Origin: Octopus bimaculoides
Lineage: Eukaryota
Reading direction: 5' to 3'
NCBI RefSeq assembly: GCF_001194135.2
Contig: NC_069001.1
Coordinates: 22,823,108 to 22,887,107, forward strand
DNA: 64,000 nucleotides
Part shown: in pieces, positions 22,402-35,788 of the stretch
Layout: the number at the start of each line of letters is the position of its first letter
Numbering within the stretch: position 1 is the first letter of the stretch
Notes under the pieces: generated by a model
What the model saw: only the letters and a program-made list of their open reading frames with translations
What the model was told of the DNA's origin: nothing
The model's database searches: none
Program-made: the position numbers and the translations under genes

Positions 22402-23973
22402 ATAGTCTACTCAGCCTGAAGAAAATTCTAACTGGGCCCCACCTGCGAGGTCATGCGCTGTTTATCTTGATATGAGATCACCATGTCATGCACATATGGT
22501 TGTGATGCATGTGCCTGGTGTACCCTTATCAGATGGATAGTCATAATGGATATACTGGGCTTCATATATTTTACCCAATTGTCACTTTGATGGCATGCAC
22601 TGCTCTCTCACTCAATTATAATAAGTAGAAGAAGAAGAATATAGTCTAGCTTCTGAGTTATGATTACCTTAGGGTTTGAAATCTATATTTGTACACAATT
22701 ATTTAAAGCCTAAGATTCTTATGGATTTCTCGCCAGCTCCAGATGTGCATGCATATGCTTATACATATGTATACAATACACATATGTATATACCTGTATA
22801 TGCATATGTGTATAATGCATATATACAGCATATATATATATATATATATCATCACCATGTTGTTAGACATCATTGGTCACAATGCGCTTTACATTGTTTT
22901 AGCCTTTGAATGCTGCCATCCCCTGGCTAGGTGTGCAGGCCAGCCTGTATATATAAATATATACATATATATATATGTGTGTGTGTGTGTATGATATGTA
23001 ATATTGCTTCATAATCCATGTGTCGCTTGGGAACTTTAATTAACCCAGCTCTGTTTTCTCTTTACCTCAGGAGTGAAACACTAATATATATTGTATTTCT
23101 GTCATTTGGGAATTTATGATTGGAAGATGAATAAATTTTACTTTTATTTGTTGTTTTAATTTTTGAGATTTATTTCGTTGTGGTTAATTTTTTTTTTTTT
23201 TCATTTAAAGAACATGTTTCTTCATTAGATGAAACAAAGAAATAATCAAGACAGCAAAGCGAAAGACAGTATAAAGAAAAACACGAATATTAATAACAAC
23301 AGTCGTGATGATAGATGGAGTCTGTTGATTAAAATCAATTATTGGATCACATATTTTGTGTAAGGCAAATTTATTAGAATCCAACGGAGATGGTAACAGC
23401 TTTCAACAGGTGGTTCTTCAGCCTGTGATTGCACAGCAGATTGCAATTCATTTCAGTTAATCACAACACCAAATTTTAATGAATTTGTAACCATTTTCCT
23501 CTTCAAAATGGTAAAACAAGCTTTTATGAGTAGCTTGTAACATACACACACACATAAGTATACATACATACATGCTTGCATGCATACATACATGCATTTT
23601 TGACACATGTGCAATGCACAGACACCCGAGCAGAATCACTAACAGACATTTTTATCTATGATATGAAGTTCACTTTCCAACTGTATCATTTCAGGTTCTG
23701 CCCCTCTCTATGGCACTATGGATATGTGCCTTTTATTATAACCCTGGGCTGACCAAATCAATGTAAAAGAATTTAGTAGATAGAAACAGAAAGAAAACCA
23801 TCATGTGTGTGTGTATTCACACACACACACACACACACATAAGGCATTAGGAAGGGCATCCGACTGTAGAAACTATGCCAAAACAGACATGGAACTTGGA
23901 CAGCTCTTTAGTAGATGATGATGATAATGACAAACACACCCACCCACCTACCCAATATATTTATATGTGTGTA

Positions 23974-24029
<56 letters not shown>

Positions 24030-24484
24030 TTCTATTTGAGTTTAAGCTTGGAGTTTGCCTTATTAAGTCTGTCCATGAGTATTAGCTATCAGATATTATT
24101 ATAAAATGGAAATGGATCAAATTTATACATAAACCTTTTAAGTAAATATTTTCTGGTATTAGTGCAATAATACTGATATGATGTATTATTTCACATATTA
24201 TATCTAGATATTGCACCAATAAAATTCTAATAAAATGTTATTGAAACAGTTGTAGAATTAATCAAGAAAATGAATTGCTCACTCCATTCTCCTTGTCAAT
24301 ATATTTGGTTGTTCCAGAAACAATGGCTGCTCTAAGTGTTGTGTTTTGAAACAAACTTTTAACATAGTATATTAATTATATCTTAGGTGAATTTCGGCAT
24401 ACTCAATAATTAATGTATGCTCTTTAATAATGTTCTACTTATTTCAGATAGAAGACATTCTTGAAGCATAGGTGTGCTTAATTA

Positions 24485-24911
24485 TGAACATGACAAAAAT
24501 ACTTTTATTGCATGAGTTCAAGCTTAGGCACAATGCCTCCCAGACTGCTTCCAATATCAACAGAACATGAGGAGAGGGGTCCACAAGTGATCGTATAATA
24601 CGAAGGTAGTTTCAGAAATTCTGTAATGGTGATGAGAGTTTGAAGATGAAGAAGGGAGAGGACGGTCATGCAGTCTTGACAATGAACAACTGAAAGCAAT
24701 TGTTGAACAAAACCCATGTCAAAGTGTTTGAGAAATATCTCAGGCACCTGGTGTCGGTATTGCAATGGTCTCACACAATCTGCAGAAGATTGGTAAGGTG
24801 AAAAAGTTTGATAAATCGTACCACACGAGCTCAATGAAAATCAAAAAGTTCAGTGTTTTAAAGTTTGTTTGATGCTCTTTCTCTGAAACACTTATGATCC
24901 TTTTCTTAACT
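24485..24911 (+). mobile_element. Mariner transposase remnant (Hsmar1/SETMAR-like N-terminal HTH region)
   Basis: LLHEFKLRHNASQTASNINRT...FQKFCNGDES...DNEQLKAIVEQNP...QKIGKVKKFDK..PHELNENQK, with stops and frameshifts. Confidence 0.85.
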
Positions 24912-26128
24912 GAATACGAGTTAAAATGGGAAATAGTTTGCAAGGCTAAATCATATAGGATAGGGAATAAATTCTGCTATTATGTACTAACGAATCTAAA
25001 GAGATATTATTAGCTAATAAAAAATTGATAACTCCCACGAGGAACGTAATTTTAAAGGCAGACATAAATTAAATTACTTATATAATAAGTTTAGATAACT
25101 AATTTATTTATTTAAACCTAGGATTAGGTACCAACTTATAGTTCTGATCAGTATCGTAAAATACATCAAATTAGCTTTAGAATACACTTTAATCATCACA
25201 ATATTATACAAAATTGGAACATATCATTAGTTTACTTTAAGTATTCAATGTTTTATAACATTATTTAAGTAATATATAACTTTTGTATTTGGTATAGTTA
25301 TTATTCTGCGGAAATCTGAGAGTTTTAAGTATTTTAGTATCATTAATCTTCAATAAACTTTTTTATTTTAGGTAGATTTTCTTTTTCGATATTTTCGTCA
25401 TTATTTTAGTAATTACAACACGTACTTATTTCTAGTAATGGGCGCCATGTTTATCACGTGACTTTTCAGTATTAATTTTCATAGCATTATTTACGTAATA
25501 TAGAATTTTTGTATGTGTATAGTTATTACTCTGCGTTAATTTGCAAGTTTAAGTATTTTAATATTTTTAATCCTCAAGAAACTTTTTATTTTAGGTAGAT
25601 TTTCTTTTTCGATATTTTCGTTATATTAATAATTATATTAATACCGTTAATGTAGGGATTATTTACAGATTGTGTCTCTTTATATGTATTTTTATTTCTC
25701 ATGTTTATGTTTATTCCTTGAATGATTTTAGGGATTTGACCTGAAGTGTGACTGATTTTGGGAGTAAAATCATTTCCCGTTCTAATGAACTCGGATAGAA
25801 TTTGCTTATGATTTTATATAGTCCTATTTTAGCCATGAAACACACGTAGTCTATGTACTAGCACTAACTTTTATACATTTATACTTCCATACTTTATATT
25901 ATCTTATTAATTTTTACTGTCCAATTTATAAATTTGACTTTTAAGTTTTTTTTTTAATTAATATTTCTATGATTCATTTATATGGTTTATTTATGTAGTA
26001 TATTATTTAATTTAAATTTTAGATTAAAATCTTAGATAAATATTGATATGGTATATGCCTCACAGCATGGATTTGGACGGGTTCTGAGTTGACTGAGTTG
26101 TAGAGTGGTGATTCGTCTCTAGATTAGT
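24912..26128 (-). repeat. AT-rich dispersed element, copy 1 (coding-derived, internal period about 224 bp)
   Basis: Colinear with 58573-60075 from gaatacgagttaaaatggg to cgtctcta(g/a)attagt. Confidence 0.9.
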
Positions 26129-26397
26129 TATATATTTATATATATATGATGGACTTCTTTCAGTTTTCGTCTATGAAAGCCACTCACAAAGTTATGGTTA
26201 GCCCGAAGCTATAGTAGAAGACACTTGTCCAAGGTGCCATACAGTAGGACTGAACCATGTGGTTGGGAATCAAGCTTCTTATATAGTCATGCCTGTGCAT
26301 CTATCTATCTTATCCATCCATCCATCTATCTAAAAACATATATATGTGAATACACACACACACATATATACATGCATTTTTATGTGTGTGTATGGCT

Positions 26398-26730
26398 TGT
26401 AGGTGCAGGCATAGCTGTGTGGTAAGAAGTTTGTTTCCCAACCACATGGTTCAGGGTTCAGTCCTACTGTGTGACACCTTGAGTAAGTGCTTTCTGTTGT
26501 AGCCTCAAACCGACAAAGCCTTGTGAGTGGATTTAATAGATGGAAACTGAAGAAGCCCGTTGTATATATGTGTGTCTGTGTTTGTCCCCCGTTACTGCTT
26601 GACAACTGGTGTTGGGGTGTTTACATCCTCATAGCTTAGTGGAATAAATACAAGGCTTAAAAATTAACCCTGGAGTCAGTTTATTCAACTAAAGAAATCC
26701 CTTCAAAGTGGCACTCCAGCTTGGCCACAG
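26398..26730 (+). mobile_element. SINE family A (inverted partner at 26145-26290)
   Basis: Family A head, core and tail motifs. Confidence 0.75.
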
Positions 26731-26847
26731 TCAATATATATAAATAGAGAGAAACAAGTATACTTACCTACACATGTCTAAATACTCATAGCTAAAAGTA
26801 CATACCTTTGCAAGCATATAAACAGACACATATATTTACATTCATAT

Positions 26848-26907
<60 letters not shown>

Positions 26908-26924
26908 ATCATCTGTATTATTAT

Positions 26925-27125
26925 TCCTGGATGCACAGGTGGATCTTTTCCCATACAGCATATCACCAATCACCATGGTCGTTTGTCCCCTCTTCCGTGA
27001 GATGCAACAATTCCAGATTTCTTTTCATGATTTCAGCCCAACGGCTCCATTTACTTTCTGAATGTTCAGCCCTTTATTCCGTTGTCCTCCCAAATAAACA
27101 TCATATGCATATACCAATGCAGTCT
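26925..27125 (-). mobile_element. RTE LINE 3' end fragment
   Basis: RLHWYMHMM... and WAEIMKRNLELLHLTEEGTNDHGDW*YAVWEK match the RTE C-terminal tail. Confidence 0.6.
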
Positions 27126-27439
27126 TTTCTTTTGCATATTTAATTTGATTCTTTGTATGTTCAGTTTATTTTTGCTTTCTTGTTCATGCACACTTTCCTT
27201 TCCTTGCTCCAAATTGTGTGTGTGTGTGTGTGCACTTGTGTATCTTTGTTTTAATATTCTCTTATTTTTGTGCTTGTATGGTTTGGTTGGAGTTTGTTGA
27301 GGTAGACAGTTTATAGTTGGATGCCAGCACTTGCCCGTTTCCAACCATGCTAATATTTCCCCATGGCTGGAAATGCTTTCATAGAAAATTGAAAATGAAT
27401 AATATTTCTTGTGTAATAATCAAACTCATCTAAAGTTAT

Positions 27440-27590
27440 CATGCATGCTGGTGGCTTAATGAGGAGGGAAGTTGTGGAAGATGGAGACCCAGGAAGACAT
27501 GGGACAGAGGCTGATATCAAAATGCTGAACTGACAGACGATTGAGATATGTGGTACATCATTGTACTCAAGAAGACCCACTACCACAACA
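27440..27590 (+). mobile_element. RTE LINE 3' end fragment
   Basis: GSCGRWRPRKTWD...DMWYIIVLKKT matches the GRGRPRKTW...W.Y.V.EKT RTE tail. Confidence 0.55.
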
Positions 27591-27827
27591 GAATTGAGAT
27601 CCTATAACCAAGGTGCCATGTAAAAAGCATTGATGGTAGTGCCACATAAAAGGCACTGGTGATGGTGTCACTTAAAAAGCACCCAGTGTACTCTGTAAGA
27701 CAGTTGGTATTAGAAAGAGCATCCATCCTTAGAAACCAAGCCAAACAGACTATGGAAACTAACCTTGCCAGTTCTTGTCAAACTGTCCAACCCATGCCAG
27801 CATAGAAAAATTGAACAGAAATGCAAC

Positions 27828-29395
27828 AAAGGAGCAAACAGAAAAGTCCCACATAGGATGGGATGTTGTTAATTCCTCATCAGTTATCACCCAAAATATC
27901 CTTACAATTTCACGCCTTTAACAATAATAGTGTTCCCTTTTTTGTGGCATCAGTGGTGAGAAACTGCTGGGAATAATGAACAGATAGGGAACAGTGCTGA
28001 AAACAGATATAACAAAATGTCGATATATATAAACAAAATAAAATGAATATACAACCAAAATAAGCCCTGCAGCTCTAAGATGAGATGGATAAATGAAGAA
28101 GTTACATTTCAGTCACATTTCTCTCCTCTCTTCTACTTTCAAAATGGATTGTTTTTTTCACTGTTTTTTATTTTTTTTTGTTTCTAATCCTATAGGACAT
28201 TTTCCTTGTGTTACCCATCTTAAAGCTGCACGGCCTTATTTTGCTTGTGTAATGTTTATTTATTTTATTTTGTTTGTATATTCACATAATCATATTTACT
28301 TTCATCAGTGTCCCCTGTTCGTTCACTATTCCCAGCAGATTCTCACCACTGACACCACCAAAAGTGAACAATATTCTCGTTAAAGTTGTGAAATTGCAAG
28401 GGTCTTTTGGATGCTAGTTGATGAGGAATTAGCAACATCCCATCTTATGTGTGAATTTTCCATTTGTTCCTTTGTTGTGTTTATGTTCAAATTTTGAAAT
28501 TTATATAAATATGATGGGCTTCTTTCAGTTTCCATCTACCAAATCCACTCACATTGGTCACCTTGTAGCTTTTGTAGATGTCCAAGGTGCCATGCAGTGG
28601 GACTGAACCCAAAACCATGTGGTTAGGAAGCAAACTTCTTACCACACAGCCACACCTGTGCATATGTGTACATATACTTGTATGAATTGCTATGTATATA
28701 TAATTCATTTAAATGTTATTCAAAAGTTTATGACAGTTATATGCATGTATATAAACACACAGACATCCTCCAGTGTATATACACTGTCACAGCTTTCCTT
28801 TGTCTGCATGATTATTTCTCAAGCAAGATTTAATGAGGTGTTATGGGAAAATGATTAAATTATATATTTTTTAAATATGAAAAATTATACATATAAAATT
28901 TTGATAATTATACTACATTTACTGATTAAATATGTATGTAATTAATAATTTTATGTAGTTTAAATAATCTTTATTTCTTAGCAAAAATATATATAACATT
29001 TTAATACATTTTATATTTCATATAGAAGTAGCTGTAAAATTCATTAAATGCATGGCAAATAAATAAAAAATATCTCTGGATATTATTGAGTATTCTTTAA
29101 ATCTGTGGCTCCTTAATATCTCTGAATATGTATTGTCTTTGTGAGTGGAGTACCATACAATTAGCAAACAACATAATGGTAATATTTTATTGGAACAAAT
29201 GGAAAATTCACACATAAGATGAGGTGTTGCTAATTCCTCATCAACTATCATCCAAAAGATCCTTGCAATTTCACACCTTTAACGAGAATATTGTTCACTT
29301 TTTGTGGCTTCAGTGGTGAGAAACTGCTGGGAATAGTGAAAAAACAGGGGACACTGATGAAAGTAAATATGACTGTGAATATACAAACAAAATAA
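27828..29395. repeat. Local triplication of a ~210-bp unit in +/-/+ orientation
   Basis: Copies at 27828-28065 (+), 28258-28470 (-) and 29192-29395 (+), sharing gttgctaattcctcatca...agtggtgagaaactgctgggaata; related fragments near 32765-32850 and 45640-45730. Confidence 0.85.
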
Positions 29396-29499
29396 TATTT
29401 TTATAACATTTGAATATAAAGAAACAGAAAAAAATGAGAGATAAGAAAGGGAAAGAAAAAAAGGTGGGGTAAAGCAGCAGAAGATGGAAGGAGAGGGGT

Positions 29500-29830
29500 T
29501 GATGGGCTACATACCCTTGAACAAATAGTGTGCTCAGCTGTGCCCTGTGGTAATGACTGCAATGGTGTTGCTGCAGAGAATGACCAGCAACACTTGCTGC
29601 AGTAGCCAGTCCACCTCATGAGGTTCATTTCTCTGACAGGCCACTGTTATCCCTATTTTACAGAGAAAATTAGTAATACAGGGTTCCAGAATACCTGACA
29701 TCTTGATAGCAACTAGCACAAACTGGTAACGGTCGGCCAGGACCCTGTACTTGCTGATTTTCAAATAACCGTGTCCAGATATTGAATGGACAGTCGTTGT
29801 GGTGTCAGATAGATTGTGTTGTGGCATTCA
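29500..29830 (-). mobile_element. RLE-type (CRE-like) non-LTR retrotransposon 3' remnant
   Basis: KISKYRVLADRYQFVLVAIKMSGILEPCITNFLCKIG...EPHEVDWLLQQVLLVILCSNTIAV follows the K..KY..L...Y.F.P.A.ET.G...FL..LG....EP.E..WL.QR.S.A...GNA pattern. Confidence 0.6.
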
Positions 29831-30826
29831 TTCTGGTTCACTTTACACTAATTTCAAATCTTGCCAAGGCAAACATTTCTTTCTTCTTTTCAGGGTCAGT
29901 ATATGAAGTATGAGTCCAGTATTTGAACTTATTCTTCTCCCTGTCCCCAAACCTCTCTGTCTGTCTATCTATGTCTATAAGAAATAATCATCAAAGGCCA
30001 TAGCTGAAGGTCATGGCCAACGCCAGTGTAGCATAACTGGCACCTGTGCCAGTGACACGTAAAAAGCACCATTCAAACGTTGGGCCTCACAGTGGCAGTG
30101 ATAAGTAACTGAGACATTTGGTGATACACTGTGTTTGAGAAGACCAGTCAAACCAAGGGATATCATAGTCATGGTCGATGCCAGTGTTACATAACTGGCA
30201 CCCATGCTGGTGGCACGTAAAAAGTATCCACTTCCACAACACTCTTTGAGTGGCTGGCATTAGGAAGGACATCCAGCTGTAGAAACAAAGCCAAATTAGA
30301 TTGTACCCTGGTGTAGCTTACCAGTTTTCAGTTAAACCATCTAACCCATGCCAGCATGGCAACCGCATCTGGTTTCTCACAGATATCCTATATTGTCATT
30401 CTAAAAATAAACAATCACACCATCAATGTCTTGAAGCTTTGAGTTAATGTATAATTAATTCAAAGCAGAATGAATAAATAAGCCATACATTTCAAAGAGT
30501 AATCCGATTGCTAAAGAGTTGCAGAAAACAGAATGATGATGATGGTGGTGGTCAGACCTGGACTGGAATGGCTTTACTTGGTCCAAAGCATCTCTTATGA
30601 TATCACCCTTATGACTCCACCAAGTAATGGAAACCTTAGGTGTGTTCCTGTTATTCTCATGTAGCTGTAAATAAATACAATAGAACATGAACAAACCTTT
30701 CTTTTTCAGTGGGATCACTAAATATTTGTTCTCTGTTCTAATTTACATTTTTAATTACTAATTCTGCTTCCCCACTGACAACTGAAAAGAACATCTATCC
30801 AGTGATACCTTTTATATTCCATCTGG

Positions 30827-31054
30827 TTAACCATTTAGCAATCAGATTACTCTTTGAAATGTACGGCTTATTTATTCATTCTGTTTTGAATTAATTTTAC
30901 ATAAACTCATGGCTTCAAGACATTGATAGTGTGATTGTTCATTTTTAGAATGACATTGTAGGATATGTGTGAAAGACCGGATGTGGTTGGTTTGAACATA
31001 AAACAGGGAGAAAATTTGGGCTGGATATGGCCAGTTTAAATGTTAAAGGCTTAA
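30827..31054. mobile_element. piggyBac-type MITE
   Basis: TTAA-ccatttagca...tgttaaaggc-TTAA (consensus TTAA-CCCTTTAGCA); homologs at about 14565-14723, 38118-38250, 43850-44030 and 48068-48291. Confidence 0.7.
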
Positions 31055-31779
31055 TGTAACATAATCACATTAACCAGATGTAATTGTTAATATATTAACA
31101 AGAGGTAAAAAATAAACTGAATAAGTTAGACCATTCAAGAATATAATTGAACATCCTGAAGTAAATATCTCTTCTTAAAACCATTCAATGGAACCTTATT
31201 TAGAAAATAGCTAAATTTGTATAAATGTATTATAAACTACATAAGAAACATTAGCAAATTAATTAGAAGTTGTTACATAGGTACAATGATAACAATAATT
31301 TTTGTTATTATAAATTTGATGTTTAATTTGAAATAGAATATCTTTTTAACTATGCTCATGTAATACTTTGTTTCAATGTTTAGATTTCAGTCTATTGATC
31401 TCTAGTAACAATTTTGCATTCACTGTTTATTCTTGTTTATTTGAGTTTGTTAAAAACAGAAAAGATGCAACTTTGAATGAATTTTAACTTAAACATTCAG
31501 AATGGAACACGAAGCAGTGGAAACTCCAAGCAATATTAGCCAAGAATGTGGCAAACCAGCAGAATTGTTACTGCACCAGGCAAAATGCTTAGCAGTATTT
31601 CGTGTCTTTATGTTCCAAGTTCAAATGCCACTGAAGTCTGCTTTGCTTTTCGTCTTTTCAGGGTCAGTAAAACAAGTACTAGTAGAGTACTGAGGTTGAT
31701 ATTATTAATTTACACCCTCCCCCCAAAATTGCTGGCCTTGTGCCAAAACTTGAAACCAATATGCGCTAAGAATTGACAC

Positions 31780-32480
31780 ATTTGTCGACAAACTTTGGTC
31801 TATCAACAAAAGTAATGCTCAACATTATTTCCCAAGATTTCGTAGCAGAGATGAGAACCTTTCAAGGTAAGGAAGGTAGCAGATGGCATTCTGAAATTGA
31901 CTAATATGGATCTTTTGAAGGTTATTACTAAAGCAGCCAACTTAGAGGTTACAGAAGAACTAAATGTTGACCATTCAAAGATTGTTTGACACTTGTGCCA
32001 CAAGACAAAGTCAAAAGGGTCTGAAAGAAAATGATGATGATGATGATGATGATGATAATAATAATAATATCAAAATTATGAAACCCCTCTGTATACCTTT
32101 TGCTTAGCTAAGCAATCCATTTCTTGATTCTGTTATGACATACAGCAAAGACAAATGGATTCTTTACGGTGACTGACAACATTCCATGCTGTGATTTGAC
32201 AGGAGTGAAACATCAAAACACTTTGCCAAACTGAAACTGCATCACTTTATGATCACTGTTCGTTGGTCAATAAGTGGAACCCTGAAGTACAACCTGAAAA
32301 ATCAACAAAGTGAAGTAAGGGCTGTAATGTCTGTGTCCAGCATTGATTCATTGAAATGGGATACTTTTGTTTTCTTCTGACAACACCCAACCACATATTT
32401 CACAAATGATTCTGTGGTAACTGAATGAATGAAACTATGCTCCATTCATTTGGTTCTCTCACTCTCTCTGACTAACCGTC
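31780..32480 (+). mobile_element. Highly decayed mariner transposase remnant with (GAT)n(AAT)n insertion
   Basis: NAQHYFPRFRSRDENL, EVTEELNVDHSKIV*HL, PFLDSVMT, SKHFAKLKLHHFMITVRWS correspond to Hsmar1-like segments. Confidence 0.7.
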
Positions 32481-33482
32481 CTCTAAATGGTTTTTAACAA
32501 CTAAGCAGCTGCTCTAAAAGTCTTTGAAGAACTCATAGGATTCTCACTAGCAAATTTTTGTTCTTATTTAAAAAAAAAAAATAAGGAAGAAAGGAAAAAT
32601 ATATAATAAATTATATATGACGCCTTAACAGGTTAATTATTTGCTGATACCAAGGTGCAACGATATCCATCGATTTTGTTATGAATTTTAGTGTCACTTG
32701 AAACTCCACTTTCTATGCTGCTAATGTATTTTAATACAAAAGGAAATAAAGAATAAAATATTTTGGGGATATTATTGAGTATTCTCTATAATTGAGGCTC
32801 CCTAATATCTCTGAATATGCATTTGTCTTTGTGAATGGAGTACCATACTTTTGGCAGACAATACAATGTATTTCTTATTGTCAAGAATATGTAGATTCTA
32901 ATAGTTACCATTTCAACAAATATAATTAATGCTGAGCTTTGATATATCACTTTAAAGTTGATGGCTAAAAATCGCAATTGTTTTTTCACCAACTTGACAA
33001 AATATGTCATTTTAATTTTTTGTAAGAAACCTATTAGTTATGTTCTAAATGCCATCTAAATAATAACGAAGTGAATCATTTCACTAAACCATTCAAGCTG
33101 CTGATTATTTTGAAAATTATTTAAGTACACAGGATGAATATTTCAAAAGAAATATTGTTGGGAAGAGTTAACTCAACTTTAAAAGTTTCCAAACAATACT
33201 GAGCTTCACTATAGTTATCAGAAATCTGTATTTATACACATAAGTATTCTGTTGACTCAGATGAATATATTAGTCAAAGTTTTAAATTGGATTATTCTAG
33301 AGGCCAAATTTCATATATAAATTAGGTTTGAATATGTTGCAAAGTGCTTTTTCCTTTGTATACTTCTGACTTATACAGCTGTGTAGCTAAGAGTTGCACC
33401 TCATTATTACATGGCTTATGAAATTTGTTTGATAGAAATTGTGTGGAAGCTGACTGGCTCAATCAATTAATTGCTCCATCTA

Positions 33483-33528
<46 letters not shown>

Positions 33529-34685
33529 CACACACACACATTTGAAGGAGGTTCTGAAAAATCTGACATTGGACAAAAAAATAGCGAGTATTTAGTTTAA
33601 CACAAGTTGCATTCCTTTTCACCCAGTTTCCCTCTGATTTCCTTATTTAATAAGAAAAGAAAATAAGGATTAAAGTACTGGGTCAGTAGTTTGAAGGGTA
33701 AAAATGTAGGAAAAGAAAAGAAGCTGAATTGAAAGCAACTTAGTGGAAGTCTGTAGGCAAGCAATATAATAATAACGAATAAATGTTGTTTATTATTTAA
33801 TAAACATTTTATGCACAATATGATATATACAGAACTTATAGTAGAAACTTAAGATAAACTTAATGTTGTTAAACTCATATTGAAAAACTTCATTGTGAAA
33901 TCATAAGTGTGGGAAAGAAATTTGCTTATGGGGTGCCAACCCAGGTTCAACACAGGATATTCAAAGTGTTTTCATTGCCCTCCCAGAATTTTAGAGGTTG
34001 CAAGCACACCCACTGTCCCCAAGCCTATATGTGAAACATAAGCAGGCATGACTGTGTGGTAAGAAGGTTGCTTCCCAACCATGTGGTCTCCAGTTCAGTC
34101 CTACTGTGTGGCACCTTGAGCAAATGTCTTCTACTATAGCCTCAGGCCAACCAAAGCCTTGTGAATGGATATGGTAGATGGAAACTAAAAGAAGCCCATC
34201 GTGTATGTGTGTCTTTGTGTCTGTGTTTATCTCTCCACCACTTGACAACCAGTGTTGATGTGTTTTTGTGCCCTTAACTAAGTGGTTCAGCAAAAGAGAC
34301 TGAATAAGTACAAGACTTTAAAGAAAAAGTAAGCACTGAGGTCACTTTGTTCAACTAAAACTTCTTCAATGCAGTGCTCCAGCATGGCCACAGTCTAATG
34401 ACTGAAACAAGTAAAAGAGTGAAAGATAGATGTAAACACATCTTGGTATTCCCTCCATTCACATAAATAAAAAAAAAAACGGAAATTGATTGTACATATT
34501 TCATACTCTTAATTATTCATTACAACGTGAACTCAGAGCAATTGGTGTTTATATCAAACAGTAACCGAAACATGGTCGAAGTGATTCATGTTAGGATTGT
34601 GCACCAGAAAATGGAAGTTAAATTTAATGTAGTTAAATTATTGCTTATAGTCTTACCATGAAATGTAAACAAAAGTAAATGTTTA

Positions 34686-35788
34686 GGCATAGGAGTGGCT
34701 GTGTGGTAAGTAGCTTGCTTACCAACCACATGGTCCCGGGTTCAGTCCCACTGCATGGCATCTTGGGCAAGTGTCTTCTACTATAGCCTCGAGCCGACCA
34801 ATGCCTTGTGAGTGGATTTGGTAGACGGAAACTGAAAGAAGCCTGTCGTATATATGTATATATATATGTATGTGTGTATGTGTTTGTATGCCTGTGTTTG
34901 TCCCCCCAACATCGCTTGACAACCGATGCTGGTGTGTTTATGTCCCTGTAACTTAGCGGTTCAGCAAAAGAGACCGAAAGAATAAGTACTAGGCTTCCAA
35001 AGAATAAGTCCTGGGGTCGATTTGCTCGACTAAAGGCGGTGCCCCAGGATGGCGACAGTCAAAAGACTGANNNNNNNNNNNNNNNNNNNNNNNNNNNNNN
35101 NNNNNNNNNNNNNNNNNNNNNNNNNNNNNNNNNNNNNNNNNNNNNNNNNNNNNNNNNNNNNNNNNNNNNNNNNNNNNNNNNNNNNNNNNNNNNNNNNNNN
35201 NNNNNNNNNNNNNNNNNNNNNNNNNNNNNNNNNNNNNNNNNNNNNNNNNNNNNNNNNNNNNNNNNNNNNNNNNNNNNNNNNNNNNNNNNNNNNNNNNNNN
35301 NNNNNNNNNNNNNNNNNNNNNNNNNNNNNNNNNNNNNNNNNNNNNNNNNNNNNNNNNNNNNNNNNNNNNNNNNNNNNNNNNNNNGTTTAGGCATAGGAGT
35401 GGCTGTGTGGTAAGTAGCTTGCTTACCAACCACATGGTCCCGGGTTCAGTCCCACTGCATGGCATCTTGGGCAAGTGTCTTCTACTATAGCCTCGAGCCG
35501 ACCAATGCCTTGTGAGTGGATTTGGTAGACAGAAACTGAAAGAAGCCCGTTGTATATATGTATATATGTGTATGCGTGTGTATATGTTGTGTATCTGTGT
35601 TTGTCCTTCTAATATCGCTTGACAACCGATGCTGGTGTGTTGAGGTCCCCATTACTTAGTGGTTCGGCAAATGAGTCTGATAGAATAAGTACTAGGCTTA
35701 CAAAGAATAAGTCCTGGGGTCGATTTGATTCGACTAAAGGTGGTGCTCCAGCATGGCCACAGTCAAATGACTGAAGCAAGTAAAAGAG
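34686..35788 (+). mobile_element. SINE family A, represented twice across a gap (probable assembly duplication)
   Basis: Both sides of the 35071-35384 gap begin with an identical gtttaggcataggagtggctgtgtgg... including unique flank. Confidence 0.75.

Larger units (their letters stand above)
20975..22625 (+). mobile_element. Dispersed retroposon-like repeat interrupted by the 21319-22401 element
   Basis: Flanks rejoin as ...ttttgagtga-TATA-gtctactcagcctgaagaaaattctaactggg...; bounded by (AAT)-rich ends. The family assignment rests on my recall of octopus repeats. Confidence 0.45.

Noticed and set aside
23229-23366. Plus-strand ATG frame MKQRNNQDSKAK...NYWITYFV with possible gtaagg donor
   Set aside because: Low-complexity, no recognisable domain and no compatible downstream exon found.
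25115-25145. Mitochondrial 12S-like word (aaacctaggattaggtacc) suggesting the AT-rich element is a NUMT
   Set aside because: Only one short AT-rich resemblance; other conserved 12S/16S blocks are absent or out of order, and the opposite strand decodes to a repeated protein motif.
26768-26791. 24-nt minus-strand exon with gtaagt donor
   Set aside because: Weak acceptor next to microsatellite, and it introduces a stop in the phase needed to join the 41.0-kb candidate.
29534-29827. Protein kinase (VAIK motif)
   Set aside because: No glycine loop, HRD or DFG; the surrounding pattern fits an RLE retrotransposon C-terminus.
34686-35788. Tandem SINE duplication
   Set aside because: Identical unique flank on both sides of an N gap indicates scaffolding redundancy.
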